A DNA stretch of 64,000 nt, taken from assembly GCA_026390575.1 (NCBI GenBank), contig JAPLFR010000010.1, positions 10,146 to 74,145 of the forward strand. Reading direction: 5' to 3'. Source of the DNA: Ignavibacteriales bacterium. Lineage in GTDB: Bacteria; Bacteroidota; Ignavibacteria; UBA10030. The notes below the pieces were generated by a model. That model had not been told where the DNA came from. It worked only from the letters and a program-made list of their open reading frames with translations, and ran no database searches. Within the stretch, counting starts at the first letter, position 1. The number at the start of each line of letters is the position of its first letter. Positions 19,686-27,883 of this stretch are shown one piece after another. The position numbers were made by a program, and so were the translations under genes.

Positions 19686-19691
19686 TCTGAT

Positions 19692-19864
19692 GAGCCGCAT
19701 CGCTTTCTAGCTCTAATTGCTCAGTTATGAATTGAGCATGGACGGTGTTTAGCCATCCACTAAAATGTTTCATGACATACTAGGCGAGAGAAAAGCTCCC
19801 GCCTTGCGCTGCTTCGGCTTGAGCTTTTCTCTCGCCTCGCAGAAAGTAGAAAGCGGTGTGGCTC
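19692..19864 (+). ncRNA. Retron msr/msd-like non-coding RNA
   Basis: a2 GAGCCGCAUCGCUUUCUA (19692-19709) pairs over 18 bp with a1 UAGAAAGCGGUGUGGCUC (19847-19864). The only two non-Watson-Crick positions are G-U wobbles, and only on the + strand. G19710 follows a2. There is a small hairpin at 19718-19738 and a long 17-bp perfect hairpin at 19782-19798/19821-19837. Confidence 0.7.
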
Positions 19865-19881
19865 TCCTTATTTGAATTCCT

Positions 19882-20787
19882 ATGTCTACCATACCTTTTC
19901 CAAATAAATTTCTAGAAAAAATAAAGAAGGTGATCTTGAATAAAGACACTTTCTTGAAATCTGATTCAATAATAGTTTTTGCCTGCGGAGCTAAACCAAA
20001 CGTTACTAATCCGGGCGGTCGAGATAGAGTTATCGAATATGCTGAAAAAAATCTTACACAGTTTCAATTTTTAATGGCGGAACGTTTTTTTTCATTTTTC
20101 CAGAATCATGATAGAATAGATTTGTTATCGTTAGAAAATAAGTTAGCAGAATTTTCTGATTGTATTCTAATTATTCTGGAGAGTGAGAGCACTTTTGCAG
20201 AACTCGGTGCTTTTACTAATAGTGATGAATTAGCTAAGATCGCTCTAGTTATTAATGATATTAAGCATGATAAGAGTGATTCTTTTATTAATCTTGGGCC
20301 ATTAGCTAAAATAAATAAAATATCAAACTTTCGACCAGTTATCCAAGCTAACATGGAAAGCATCTTGACTGTAATTTATGAAGTCCAAAAAAGACTTGAA
20401 AAAATTGAAAGAAAAAATAACATCCGGCTTGATATTAGTACATATGAGAAGTTTTTAGCATGTTCACGGAAGGCAAGAACATTTTTACTTTTGGATCTAC
20501 TGGCATTATTCTCTCCGTTACGCTATTCAGAATTGATTGAAATATTACACTTTATTTATGGAGATCATAGTATTGATATTAATCTTGAAATGGGACTCTT
20601 AGCTGCATTTGGGTTTGTAAGCAAACAAGATGATTACTATTTCCGAACATTAGGTGATAGTAAATTATTCTTCTTCTTCCAAGGTTTGAACATTATTCGA
20701 TTCCGATCAGATATTATTAATTGCTACTTCAAGCTCCGTAAATCTCGTGAACGTCTTGAAATATTAAAGGGACGTACTATCCATTAA
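19882..20787 (+). CDS. Putative retron effector: N-terminal nucleoside 2-deoxyribosyltransferase-like Rossmann domain plus C-terminal wHTH-like domain
   Basis: 301 aa. The pattern SIIVFACGAKP ... LAEFSDCILIILESESTFAELGAF resembles NDT-like/RcaT-type effectors. The C-terminal FLLLDLLALFSPLRYSELIEIL looks like a winged helix. It lies 7 nt upstream of the RT gene. The assignment rests on pattern only. Confidence 0.55.
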   Translation: MSTIPFPNKFLEKIKKVILNKDTFLKSDSIIVFACGAKPNVTNPGGRDRVIEYAEKNLTQFQFLMAERFFSFFQNHDRIDLLSLENKLAEFSDCILIILESESTFAELGAFTNSDELAKIALVINDIKHDKSDSFINLGPLAKINKISNFRPVIQANMESILTVIYEVQKRLEKIERKNNIRLDISTYEKFLACSRKARTFLLLDLLALFSPLRYSELIEILHFIYGDHSIDINLEMGLLAAFGFVSKQDDYYFRTLGDSKLFFFFQGLNIIRFRSDIINCYFKLRKSRERLEILKGRTIH

Positions 20788-20794
20788 GAGAATT

Positions 20795-21739
20795 ATGGCT
20801 AAGGAATTATTAGATATAATATCAGAATTTCTAGGATTCGATCGAAATGAAGTTTTAGATATTGTTAATAAGGCACAGACTTCATACAAAAAATATAATA
20901 TTCGCAAAAAGAGAGGAGGTACACGAATCATCCATCATCCATCAAAGCAGACTAAAGCTATTCAACATGCATTGATGGAGACAGTATTAAGCAAACTACC
21001 AATACATGAGTGTGCGTACGCATATCGTCGTGAATTTAGATCTCCTTTGCGTAGAAACGCAGAAAAGCATTCTTTATTTTCTTATTCTATCAGAATCGAT
21101 TTCAAGGACTTCTTTCCCTCAATTAAGCCTAATGATTTGTTCTCTGTAATCGACAAAAATTCATCAATGGAATTAGATACATCGAATAAGGAGTGTTTAA
21201 CAAAAGCTTTATTTGTGAAGAGCAAAGACAAAAAACAAGGATTAGCGGTTGGTGCGCCATCATCGCCATTGATTAGCAATATTGTAATGTATGATCTCGA
21301 TCAAGAAATCCAAAAAATTGCTGGATCAATTTCGAGAAATAACGCTTACACGAGATATGCAGATGATTTGGTTTTCTCGACCAATAATAAAGGAGATTGT
21401 CGAAAATTTTACAATAAAGTAAAATCTCTTATTAAGAAAACGCAATCACCACGATTGATAATTAAAGAAGATAAGACAGTGTATTTATCTAGGGGAACAA
21501 GAAGAATGGTTACAGGAATTACAATCACGCCTGATCAACATATTTCATTAGGTCGCAGGAGAAAACGTTATATTAAAAAACTTATATTCGATTACAAGAA
21601 TAATAAGATAGAACCTAAAATTAAATCTTATCTTGAAGGATTCATTGCGCACATACTAGATGTTGAACCTGATTATTACAATAAACTTGTGATTAAATAT
21701 GGTGGAGAAACACTAGATCGGATTCGGAAACATAAATAA
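20795..21739 (+). CDS. Retron-type reverse transcriptase
   Basis: 314 aa with KKRGGTRIIHHPS, NAEKH (NAxxH), IDFKDFFPSI, GLAVGAPSSPLISNIVM, YTRYADDLVFS (YADD) and RRMVTGITI (VTG). There is no maturase, endonuclease or other extra domain. Confidence 0.88.
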   Translation: MAKELLDIISEFLGFDRNEVLDIVNKAQTSYKKYNIRKKRGGTRIIHHPSKQTKAIQHALMETVLSKLPIHECAYAYRREFRSPLRRNAEKHSLFSYSIRIDFKDFFPSIKPNDLFSVIDKNSSMELDTSNKECLTKALFVKSKDKKQGLAVGAPSSPLISNIVMYDLDQEIQKIAGSISRNNAYTRYADDLVFSTNNKGDCRKFYNKVKSLIKKTQSPRLIIKEDKTVYLSRGTRRMVTGITITPDQHISLGRRRKRYIKKLIFDYKNNKIEPKIKSYLEGFIAHILDVEPDYYNKLVIKYGGETLDRIRKHK

Positions 21740-21837
21740 AAATCATTTGCCTTTGGTAATAAGCATAAAACCGTATTTATGAATCATTTGAATCTCTTCG
21801 AAAACTTCTCTACATTAAAGTACGAACCAGCATTCTT

Positions 21838-21917
21838 GCGCCCGTAGTTCGAAAATTGCCCGCGAACGCAGTGAGTGGAGGCAATTTTCAGAATCCCGCA
21901 AACGAAGTGAAGCGGGA
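21838..21917 (+). repeat. tRNA-Arg(CCG) 5'-end fragment plus TCCCGC/GCGGGA hairpin repeat
   Basis: GCGCCCGTAG (21838-21847) is identical to the first 10 nt of the tRNA at 21938 and is followed by a TTCGAA T-loop-like stretch. AATTTTCAGAATCCCGCAAACGAAGTGAAGCGGGA (21883-21917) is related to the 47-bp repeats at 51933 and 52019. Confidence 0.6.
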
Positions 21918-21937
21918 CTCGACGGAAATAAAAAAAT

Positions 21938-22011
21938 GCGCCCGTAGCTCAGCTGGATAGAGCGACAGCCTCCGGAGCTGTAGGCCAGGCGTTCGAATCG
22001 CCTCGGGCGCA
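21938..22011 (+). tRNA. tRNA-Arg(CCG): tRNA-Arg (anticodon CCG)
   Basis: GCGCCCG-TA-GCTCAGCTGGATAGAGC-G-ACAGC-CTCCGGA-GCTGT-AGGCC-AGGCG-TTCGAAT-CGCCT-CGGGCGC-A. Confidence 0.9.
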
Positions 22012-22049
22012 CAGAAATAATGAATTTATGAACTGATTTAGGAATCGAC

Positions 22050-22739
22050 ATGCTTAAACCGCAGAAAAAAATTTCCAGAAGAGAAATCAAAGAAGATAAA
22101 CTCGTAACCAAGTATTTTGAAGCACGCCAATGGATAGATGAAAACACCAAGATCCTTTCCTATGTTGGAATCGGGATTGCAGGCCTGGTGATCATCGGTT
22201 TCCTCTGGAGTAAAAGCCGGGCTGATTCAAATCTCAAGGCAACAGCCATGCTCGCGAAGGTAACGCCGTACTATGACGAAGGAAGATATGATCTTGCTAT
22301 CAACGGTGTTCCGCAGGAAGGTACTCAGGGATTGCAGGCTGTGGTAGATGAACATGGCAGTACGCAGGCAGGTGAAATTGCAAAGCTCTATTTAGCAAAT
22401 TCCTACTTCGCACTGAAGAGTTATGATAAAGCTCTGAACACGTATGATGATATCAGTGTATCTGATAAGATGATCACGGCCTCTGCGTATGCAGGAATGG
22501 CGGCTTGTTATGAAGCGAAAAGCGATTTCAGCCATGCAGCTTCTTATTTTGAAAAAGCGGCATCGAAAAATATGACGGTTATGCAGGGACCGGAAAATTT
22601 GCAGAGATCTGCGACAAACTATGCAGCGGCTGGGAAGAAGGAAAAAGCCATCGAACTTCTTCAGACCCTAAAAAAAGAATTTCCTACTTCGCCGTATGCC
22701 CGCGATGTTGAACGTCTCATAGCTGAATACAGCGTATAG
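22050..22739 (+). CDS. Membrane-anchored tetratricopeptide-repeat protein (YfgM-like)
   Basis: 229 aa with a basic N-terminus, one TM segment (ILSYVGIGIAGLVIIGFLW) and TPR-like helical repeats. Confidence 0.7.
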   Translation: MLKPQKKISRREIKEDKLVTKYFEARQWIDENTKILSYVGIGIAGLVIIGFLWSKSRADSNLKATAMLAKVTPYYDEGRYDLAINGVPQEGTQGLQAVVDEHGSTQAGEIAKLYLANSYFALKSYDKALNTYDDISVSDKMITASAYAGMAACYEAKSDFSHAASYFEKAASKNMTVMQGPENLQRSATNYAAAGKKEKAIELLQTLKKEFPTSPYARDVERLIAEYSV

Positions 22740-23064
22740 ATCGTTTCTCAGACAAGAAAATCGCCAATGTGTTTCTATCATAGATATACAAGAGGAATCA
22801 TTGGCGAGATTTCTCTATTATCCTCACGGATGTATGATTACGAGTGACTCCATGTCGCTCATACCGAAGATACTGGACGTACGCAATCTCTGTCAAGGTT
22901 CTGTTCTTCCCATCTCTGAATATTTTCATTGTTCCGTAACTTTTCATGAATTATTACGAAATAGAGGTAGTGCTGCAACTCTCGTTCCATTCTGAAAGTG
23001 GACAGGAGAACATATGCATTGTTCAGCTTTACAATATATTTACATGGGTTATGGATAACGAGTC

Positions 23065-25161
23065 ATGGTTAATATCTCCTCGATAAAAAGATTAGCAATG
23101 CTGGTTATCCCGGCAATTCTTTTACCGCTCGTATTTACATTCGATGTTATACGCGCCACAGTTGAGTTCGATAATGCCAGCATCACCATCTTGCGTGAGT
23201 TCTTCGTTCTTGGATCGTTCACACTGATCGGTCTGTTTATCGAAAAACGACGAGCGATGTCGCAGCGCAATGCTCCAAGAGAAATTGGACGTGTTTTTTT
23301 TGCAGTCGTTATTTCATTGATAATATCAGCAATTGTTTCATTCATTCAGCCTCATCAACTCTCAGAAGGGGGATCATTCCGCATTCACCAATCGGCGCTG
23401 GTATTACTTGCTTCAACTCTTATTGCGTTGGTGCTTGGAGTGCTCTCGTTGTATTTGCTCGTCATCATCCACGATCTCGTACTCTTCAAACGCCGCAAAA
23501 CGACCTGGCGAAATTATTTTATCTATCTCTTCCTTCTCTTTGCGGCTTGCGCTGCCGATTTCCCTTTTCTTCTGCCGGAAGGCAATATCGTAGCTTCTAT
23601 ATTCTTTTCACTGACCATGATGTTTATCGTCGTGAATTCGTTCAAGCAAAATTGGATTATGTATCTTTCGAGGCGCGAAAAAAAATATTCTATTGTCTAT
23701 TCAATTTTACTTTTTACCGCTCTTGTCCTATTAGATATCTATCTCGTGAGCGGTTCAGACAACAACAATGCAATTATTTCCTACAGCCGGCCTTTACATA
23801 CATTCATTCGATTAAATGCCTTCTTCGGAACAGTCTATTTCGGTGTAACGTTCATCAGTACGCTTTTCCATTTACCGACAGCGGAAGTTTTCGAGCGGAA
23901 ACAGTCGGAGTTGATATCGCTGCATAACTTGAGTCGCTTAGTGACCCAGGTGTTTGATTTCAATGACCTGTTAAACACTGTTACGCAAATGACATCGGAA
24001 GTGTGCGGTGCCCGCAGTGTCTGGTTGGAATTATTTTCTCTGAACGATAACACAGGAGAGATGTCTGTGGAAGTAGTTGCGAAGCGTAACATTACTCAGC
24101 AGGAAATCGATCTCATAGCAACGGATGATGGAACGCAATTACAGCGATATCTTATGGATTCGCATAAAGCACTGCTCATTGAAGATATCTGGGCGGATCG
24201 GCGGACGAAACATCTGAAAGCAAAGGGCTTTGCACGCGGTTCTTTGCTTACTGTTCCGCTTCTTTCCCATGGAAAACTTATAGGTGTTTTGCATGCAACG
24301 AAAGATTTTCAGAACGCATTTGATCAAGACGATATAGATGTGATGACAACATTTGCCGATCACGTCAGCATTGCGATTGAAAATTCACGTTTGATCTCCA
24401 AATCTATCGAGCGAGAGCGCCTGCATCAAGAAATGATGGTGGCACAGCGGATGCAGAAGCGATTACTTCCTCAATCACTGCCAAACTTGTCATCGGCAGA
24501 ATTTGCAGCAGTGTCGGAGTCTTCGTTGGAAGTTGGTGGAGATTATTACGATATCATTACTCTTCCCGATAAGCGAATAGGAATTGTCGTTGGCGATGTG
24601 TCAGGGAAAGGTGTCTCTGCCGCGTTTTACATGGCAGAAGTAAAGGGAATCGTGATGTCGTTGAGCAAAATCTGCGCGACACCGCGGGAATTACTTTCGT
24701 GTGCAAATGACACGCTTATGGAAACTTTGGAAAAGAATATGTTTATTAGTGCAATATACGGCGTGCTCGATGTTCGGAATGCAACACTCACACTTGCGCG
24801 TGCCGGGCACTGTCCGGTGATTTATATTTCGCATAATTCGGTTGAATTAATACGATCAACCGGTATCGGTTTGGGATTGACAGGTCGCGAACAGTTTGAC
24901 CACGCGACAGAAGAACGAACCATGAAACTTCAACCCGGCGATATTTGCATTTTTTACACTGATGGCATTACCGAATCGCGTAATGCAGAGATGGAAGAAT
25001 ACGGCTATGAGCGGTTGATGCAAATAGCAAGTACGTGCACGGATTGTTCAGCAAATGAAATGAAAGAAATGATTTTACAGAGTGTCCGAACTTTTATAGG
25101 GCAAGGAACGTATAATGATGACGTAACACTCATTGTGCTGAAGTGGTTAGGAAATTCGTAA
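23065..25161 (+). CDS. Multi-TM sensor, GAF and PP2C/SpoIIE (RsbU-like) serine phosphatase
   Basis: 698 aa with about 8 N-terminal hydrophobic segments, a GAF-like middle, and the SpoIIE signature GGDYYD..GDVSGKGVSAAFYMA..TDGITE..DDVTLIVL. Confidence 0.85.
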   Translation: MVNISSIKRLAMLVIPAILLPLVFTFDVIRATVEFDNASITILREFFVLGSFTLIGLFIEKRRAMSQRNAPREIGRVFFAVVISLIISAIVSFIQPHQLSEGGSFRIHQSALVLLASTLIALVLGVLSLYLLVIIHDLVLFKRRKTTWRNYFIYLFLLFAACAADFPFLLPEGNIVASIFFSLTMMFIVVNSFKQNWIMYLSRREKKYSIVYSILLFTALVLLDIYLVSGSDNNNAIISYSRPLHTFIRLNAFFGTVYFGVTFISTLFHLPTAEVFERKQSELISLHNLSRLVTQVFDFNDLLNTVTQMTSEVCGARSVWLELFSLNDNTGEMSVEVVAKRNITQQEIDLIATDDGTQLQRYLMDSHKALLIEDIWADRRTKHLKAKGFARGSLLTVPLLSHGKLIGVLHATKDFQNAFDQDDIDVMTTFADHVSIAIENSRLISKSIERERLHQEMMVAQRMQKRLLPQSLPNLSSAEFAAVSESSLEVGGDYYDIITLPDKRIGIVVGDVSGKGVSAAFYMAEVKGIVMSLSKICATPRELLSCANDTLMETLEKNMFISAIYGVLDVRNATLTLARAGHCPVIYISHNSVELIRSTGIGLGLTGREQFDHATEERTMKLQPGDICIFYTDGITESRNAEMEEYGYERLMQIASTCTDCSANEMKEMILQSVRTFIGQGTYNDDVTLIVLKWLGNS

Positions 25162-25221
25162 GGATAGAGATGATGGAGATGCAATCGATTGCAAGGAGAG
25201 AAGGAAAAGAAGGAGACCACC

Positions 25222-25578
25222 ATGATTGATTTTAAAATCCACCAACGGGACAACGCGGACGTCAGCGTGATTGAACTCAAGGGCTACCTTGATGCTCACA
25301 CTGCGCCTGATCTCGAAACTGCTTTTCAAAAGCTGATGACGGAAAATAAGTTTAATATCGTGGTGAATTGCCGCGATCTTTCGTACATCAGCAGCGCCGG
25401 TTTGGGAGTGTTTATGGCGTATGTCGAGGATGTGCGTAAGAATAAAGGAGACATCAAGTTGACGAATATGACGCCAAAGGTGTACAACGTATTTGACTTG
25501 CTGGGTTTTCCAATCTTATACGAAATATATAAGGATGAACAAGAAGCAGTCGTACGGTTTCATGAAGCAAAGAAATAA
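25222..25578 (+). CDS. STAS-domain anti-sigma-factor antagonist (RsbV/SpoIIAA-like)
   Basis: The phosphorylatable Ser sits in the context DLSYISSAGLGVF. I chose the ATG at 25222, which has an AGGAG RBS, over the track's TTG at 25189. Confidence 0.85.
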   Translation: MIDFKIHQRDNADVSVIELKGYLDAHTAPDLETAFQKLMTENKFNIVVNCRDLSYISSAGLGVFMAYVEDVRKNKGDIKLTNMTPKVYNVFDLLGFPILYEIYKDEQEAVVRFHEAKK

Positions 25579-25618
25579 GAACTAGGAATGAAACGGATTC
25601 AGTAAAAATTATTCATCC

Positions 25619-26071
25619 ATGGAAACGCAGGCAGCACATAGATCGAAAAGGATTCTCAGCCGGACAGATAATCTCTTAGAAGTAAGGGAATTTGTCGGTG
25701 AAGAAGCGCGTGCGTTCGGTTTTTCTGACGAAGATGCTGCTAATATTGTGTTAGCAGTCGATGAAGCGTGCACGAATATCATCAAGCATGCATATCAGTA
25801 TGCAACAGATAAAGAAATTGAAGTCTCCATTCTTCCTAAAAATCGTTCTTTTGAGATTCGAATATTTGACAACGGCAGATCGTTTGATCCTTCCACTATT
25901 CGTCAACCGGATTTAAAAGAGCATATTGGCCATCGCAAGCGGGGCGGACTTGGTGTCTATCTGATGAAAAAACTTATGGATAAGGTGGAATATAATTTCC
26001 ATCGGGGAAAACGAAACGAAGTGCGACTTATCAAATACCTATCGAATGCATCCACTGTTGCAGAGAGGTAG
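25619..26071 (+). CDS. RsbW/SpoIIAB-like anti-sigma serine kinase (HATPase_c)
   Basis: 150 aa with an N-box (DEACTNIIKHAY) and a G-box (RGGLGVYLMKKLMD). Confidence 0.85.
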   Translation: METQAAHRSKRILSRTDNLLEVREFVGEEARAFGFSDEDAANIVLAVDEACTNIIKHAYQYATDKEIEVSILPKNRSFEIRIFDNGRSFDPSTIRQPDLKEHIGHRKRGGLGVYLMKKLMDKVEYNFHRGKRNEVRLIKYLSNASTVAER

Positions 26072-26094
26072 CAACGAAACGCTCTAGCGTACAA

Positions 26095-27822
26095 TTGACA
26101 TCAGGAGATCGGAAACAAACATCCGACCTCCTTCCGTTGTTTGAGTTCAGCAATATCATCAATTCCTCACTTGAGCTCGATTTCATTCTCAGTACAGTTC
26201 TGCGTACGCTCATGGGCAAGATGCTCGTGACGCGCGGCATCATCCTTCTTAAACGCTCTGGAAAATTATTTCAAGTGATAGCCGCAAAAGGTCTGGATAA
26301 TTCCATCGTCGGACAGAACATCGAAGTAGAACAAAAATTGCGTTCTATTCAATCGGCAAAAAAACTGATGCACGGAAGTCCGCAGTGGTTGGAATTTCTC
26401 AATCATAATCAGCAATCGCTGGTTATTCCGATTCTTTCGCAAAGCCGCATCGTCGGTTATATCACTCTTGGCGAGAGGTTAACGAAATCGCCATTCTCAG
26501 CATTAGATAAAAAAATCATACAATCATTAGTTAATCTATCCGGTGCAGCGATTGAGAAGGCGCTCATCATAGGTCAAGTGAAGGAAGCAAATCGAAGTCT
26601 CGACAGAAAGATTCAGGAGCTCAATACACTCTTTGATCTCAGCAAAGAATTCAACATCGGGCTGGATGAAAAAAAAGTCGTTCGACTCGTTACATTTGCG
26701 CTTCTTGGACAAATCGGAGTGAAGAGTTACGCAATCTGTATTCGGAATGAAGACGAACTCAATATTATCGCTTCGCGGATGGAAGGAAGCGCCATTCTGC
26801 AAGAAATCCTTCCCAGTCTATGCGATCTCACAAAGTCTGCTACGACACAGGATTTGTTAAAGTTGAAAGCATATCGTATCGCAGCGGCAAGACTCATTAA
26901 AATGGGAATTACCGCGGTGGTGCCGATGCACATTCAGCAGAAAACGAATGGGATGATTTTGCTCGGCGAACGATTACGCGGCGGTGTCTATTCGCAAGCC
27001 GACCTGGAATTTCTGTACTCGCTCGGTAATCTTGCTATCATCTCCATCGAAAACGCAAGGCTTTTCAAAACCGCCATAGAAAAACAGCGGATGGAAGATG
27101 AATTAAATATTGCACGGGAAATTCAGCAAGGACTTCTGCCGGAAAAACTTCCGTCCATTCCGCAGTTCGATATTGCTGCTCTCACGATTTCATCAAAGGA
27201 AGTCGGCGGTGATTATTACGATGTCATCAATCGCAAGCAGGATGAATATGTGCTGGCAATTGGCGATGTCTCAGGCAAAGGGACACCGGCGGCATTATTG
27301 ATGGCGAATGTACAAGCGGCGTTACGCGCTCTTGCACCGTTGTGTTCGTCCGTCGCAGAAACGACCGGGCAGATTAATGATCTCACCTGTGCAAACACTC
27401 GCGGGGGAAGCAGGTTTATCACCTTCTTTTGGGGCATACTCGATGCTCAGACACGTCAATTCCGTTACACGAACGCCGGACATAACCCGCCGTACGTGAT
27501 GAGAAAAAGCGGAACGATTGAGAAGTTGGAAGAAGGCGGCTTGATTCTTGGCATTTTTAAAACGACAACACCGTATGCGGAAGCCTCTATGACACTCTTG
27601 CCAGGAGACGTATTAGTAATGTACACAGATGGTGTCAGTGAGGCAATGAATCAAGACAATGAACAATTTACTGAAGAGCGTCTAGAGGATATTCTCAAAA
27701 AATCGACAAATCTCTCTGCTAAAGAAATCATTCGACAAGTTCAAAAAGAATTAGAAATTCATACACAATCCACACCGCAATCCGACGATATTACCTTACT
27801 GGTACTCAAAGCGTTGTCATAA
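26095..27822 (+). CDS. Tandem GAF and PP2C/SpoIIE serine phosphatase
   Basis: 575 aa with GGDYYDV..IGDVSGKGTPAALLMA..TDGVSEA..DDITLLVL. It has a TTG start. Confidence 0.85.
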   Translation: MTSGDRKQTSDLLPLFEFSNIINSSLELDFILSTVLRTLMGKMLVTRGIILLKRSGKLFQVIAAKGLDNSIVGQNIEVEQKLRSIQSAKKLMHGSPQWLEFLNHNQQSLVIPILSQSRIVGYITLGERLTKSPFSALDKKIIQSLVNLSGAAIEKALIIGQVKEANRSLDRKIQELNTLFDLSKEFNIGLDEKKVVRLVTFALLGQIGVKSYAICIRNEDELNIIASRMEGSAILQEILPSLCDLTKSATTQDLLKLKAYRIAAARLIKMGITAVVPMHIQQKTNGMILLGERLRGGVYSQADLEFLYSLGNLAIISIENARLFKTAIEKQRMEDELNIAREIQQGLLPEKLPSIPQFDIAALTISSKEVGGDYYDVINRKQDEYVLAIGDVSGKGTPAALLMANVQAALRALAPLCSSVAETTGQINDLTCANTRGGSRFITFFWGILDAQTRQFRYTNAGHNPPYVMRKSGTIEKLEEGGLILGIFKTTTPYAEASMTLLPGDVLVMYTDGVSEAMNQDNEQFTEERLEDILKKSTNLSAKEIIRQVQKELEIHTQSTPQSDDITLLVLKALS

Positions 27823-27883
27823 CAGTTTTCATATCCCGTCTGAATTTTCTTTTACAAGAGCTTTAACAATTATTATCGTTTAC

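Noticed and set aside
19552-19773. 73-aa ORF (-) in the leader of the RT cassette
   Set aside because: It overlaps the predicted promoter and the a2/msr part of the ncRNA, is AT-driven with no RBS, and the strand-specific G-U wobbles favour + strand RNA function.
21815-22150. 111-aa ORF (-) spanning tRNA-Arg(CCG); likewise 51687..51947 (+) spanning tRNA-Phe
   Set aside because: Both overlap well-formed tRNA genes and repeat hairpins. They are typical spurious ORFs.
22801-22995. 64-aa ORF (+) between the TPR gene and the SpoIIE gene
   Set aside because: It has a TTG start without an RBS and no motif. The region more likely holds the promoter/leader of the downstream sensor phosphatase.
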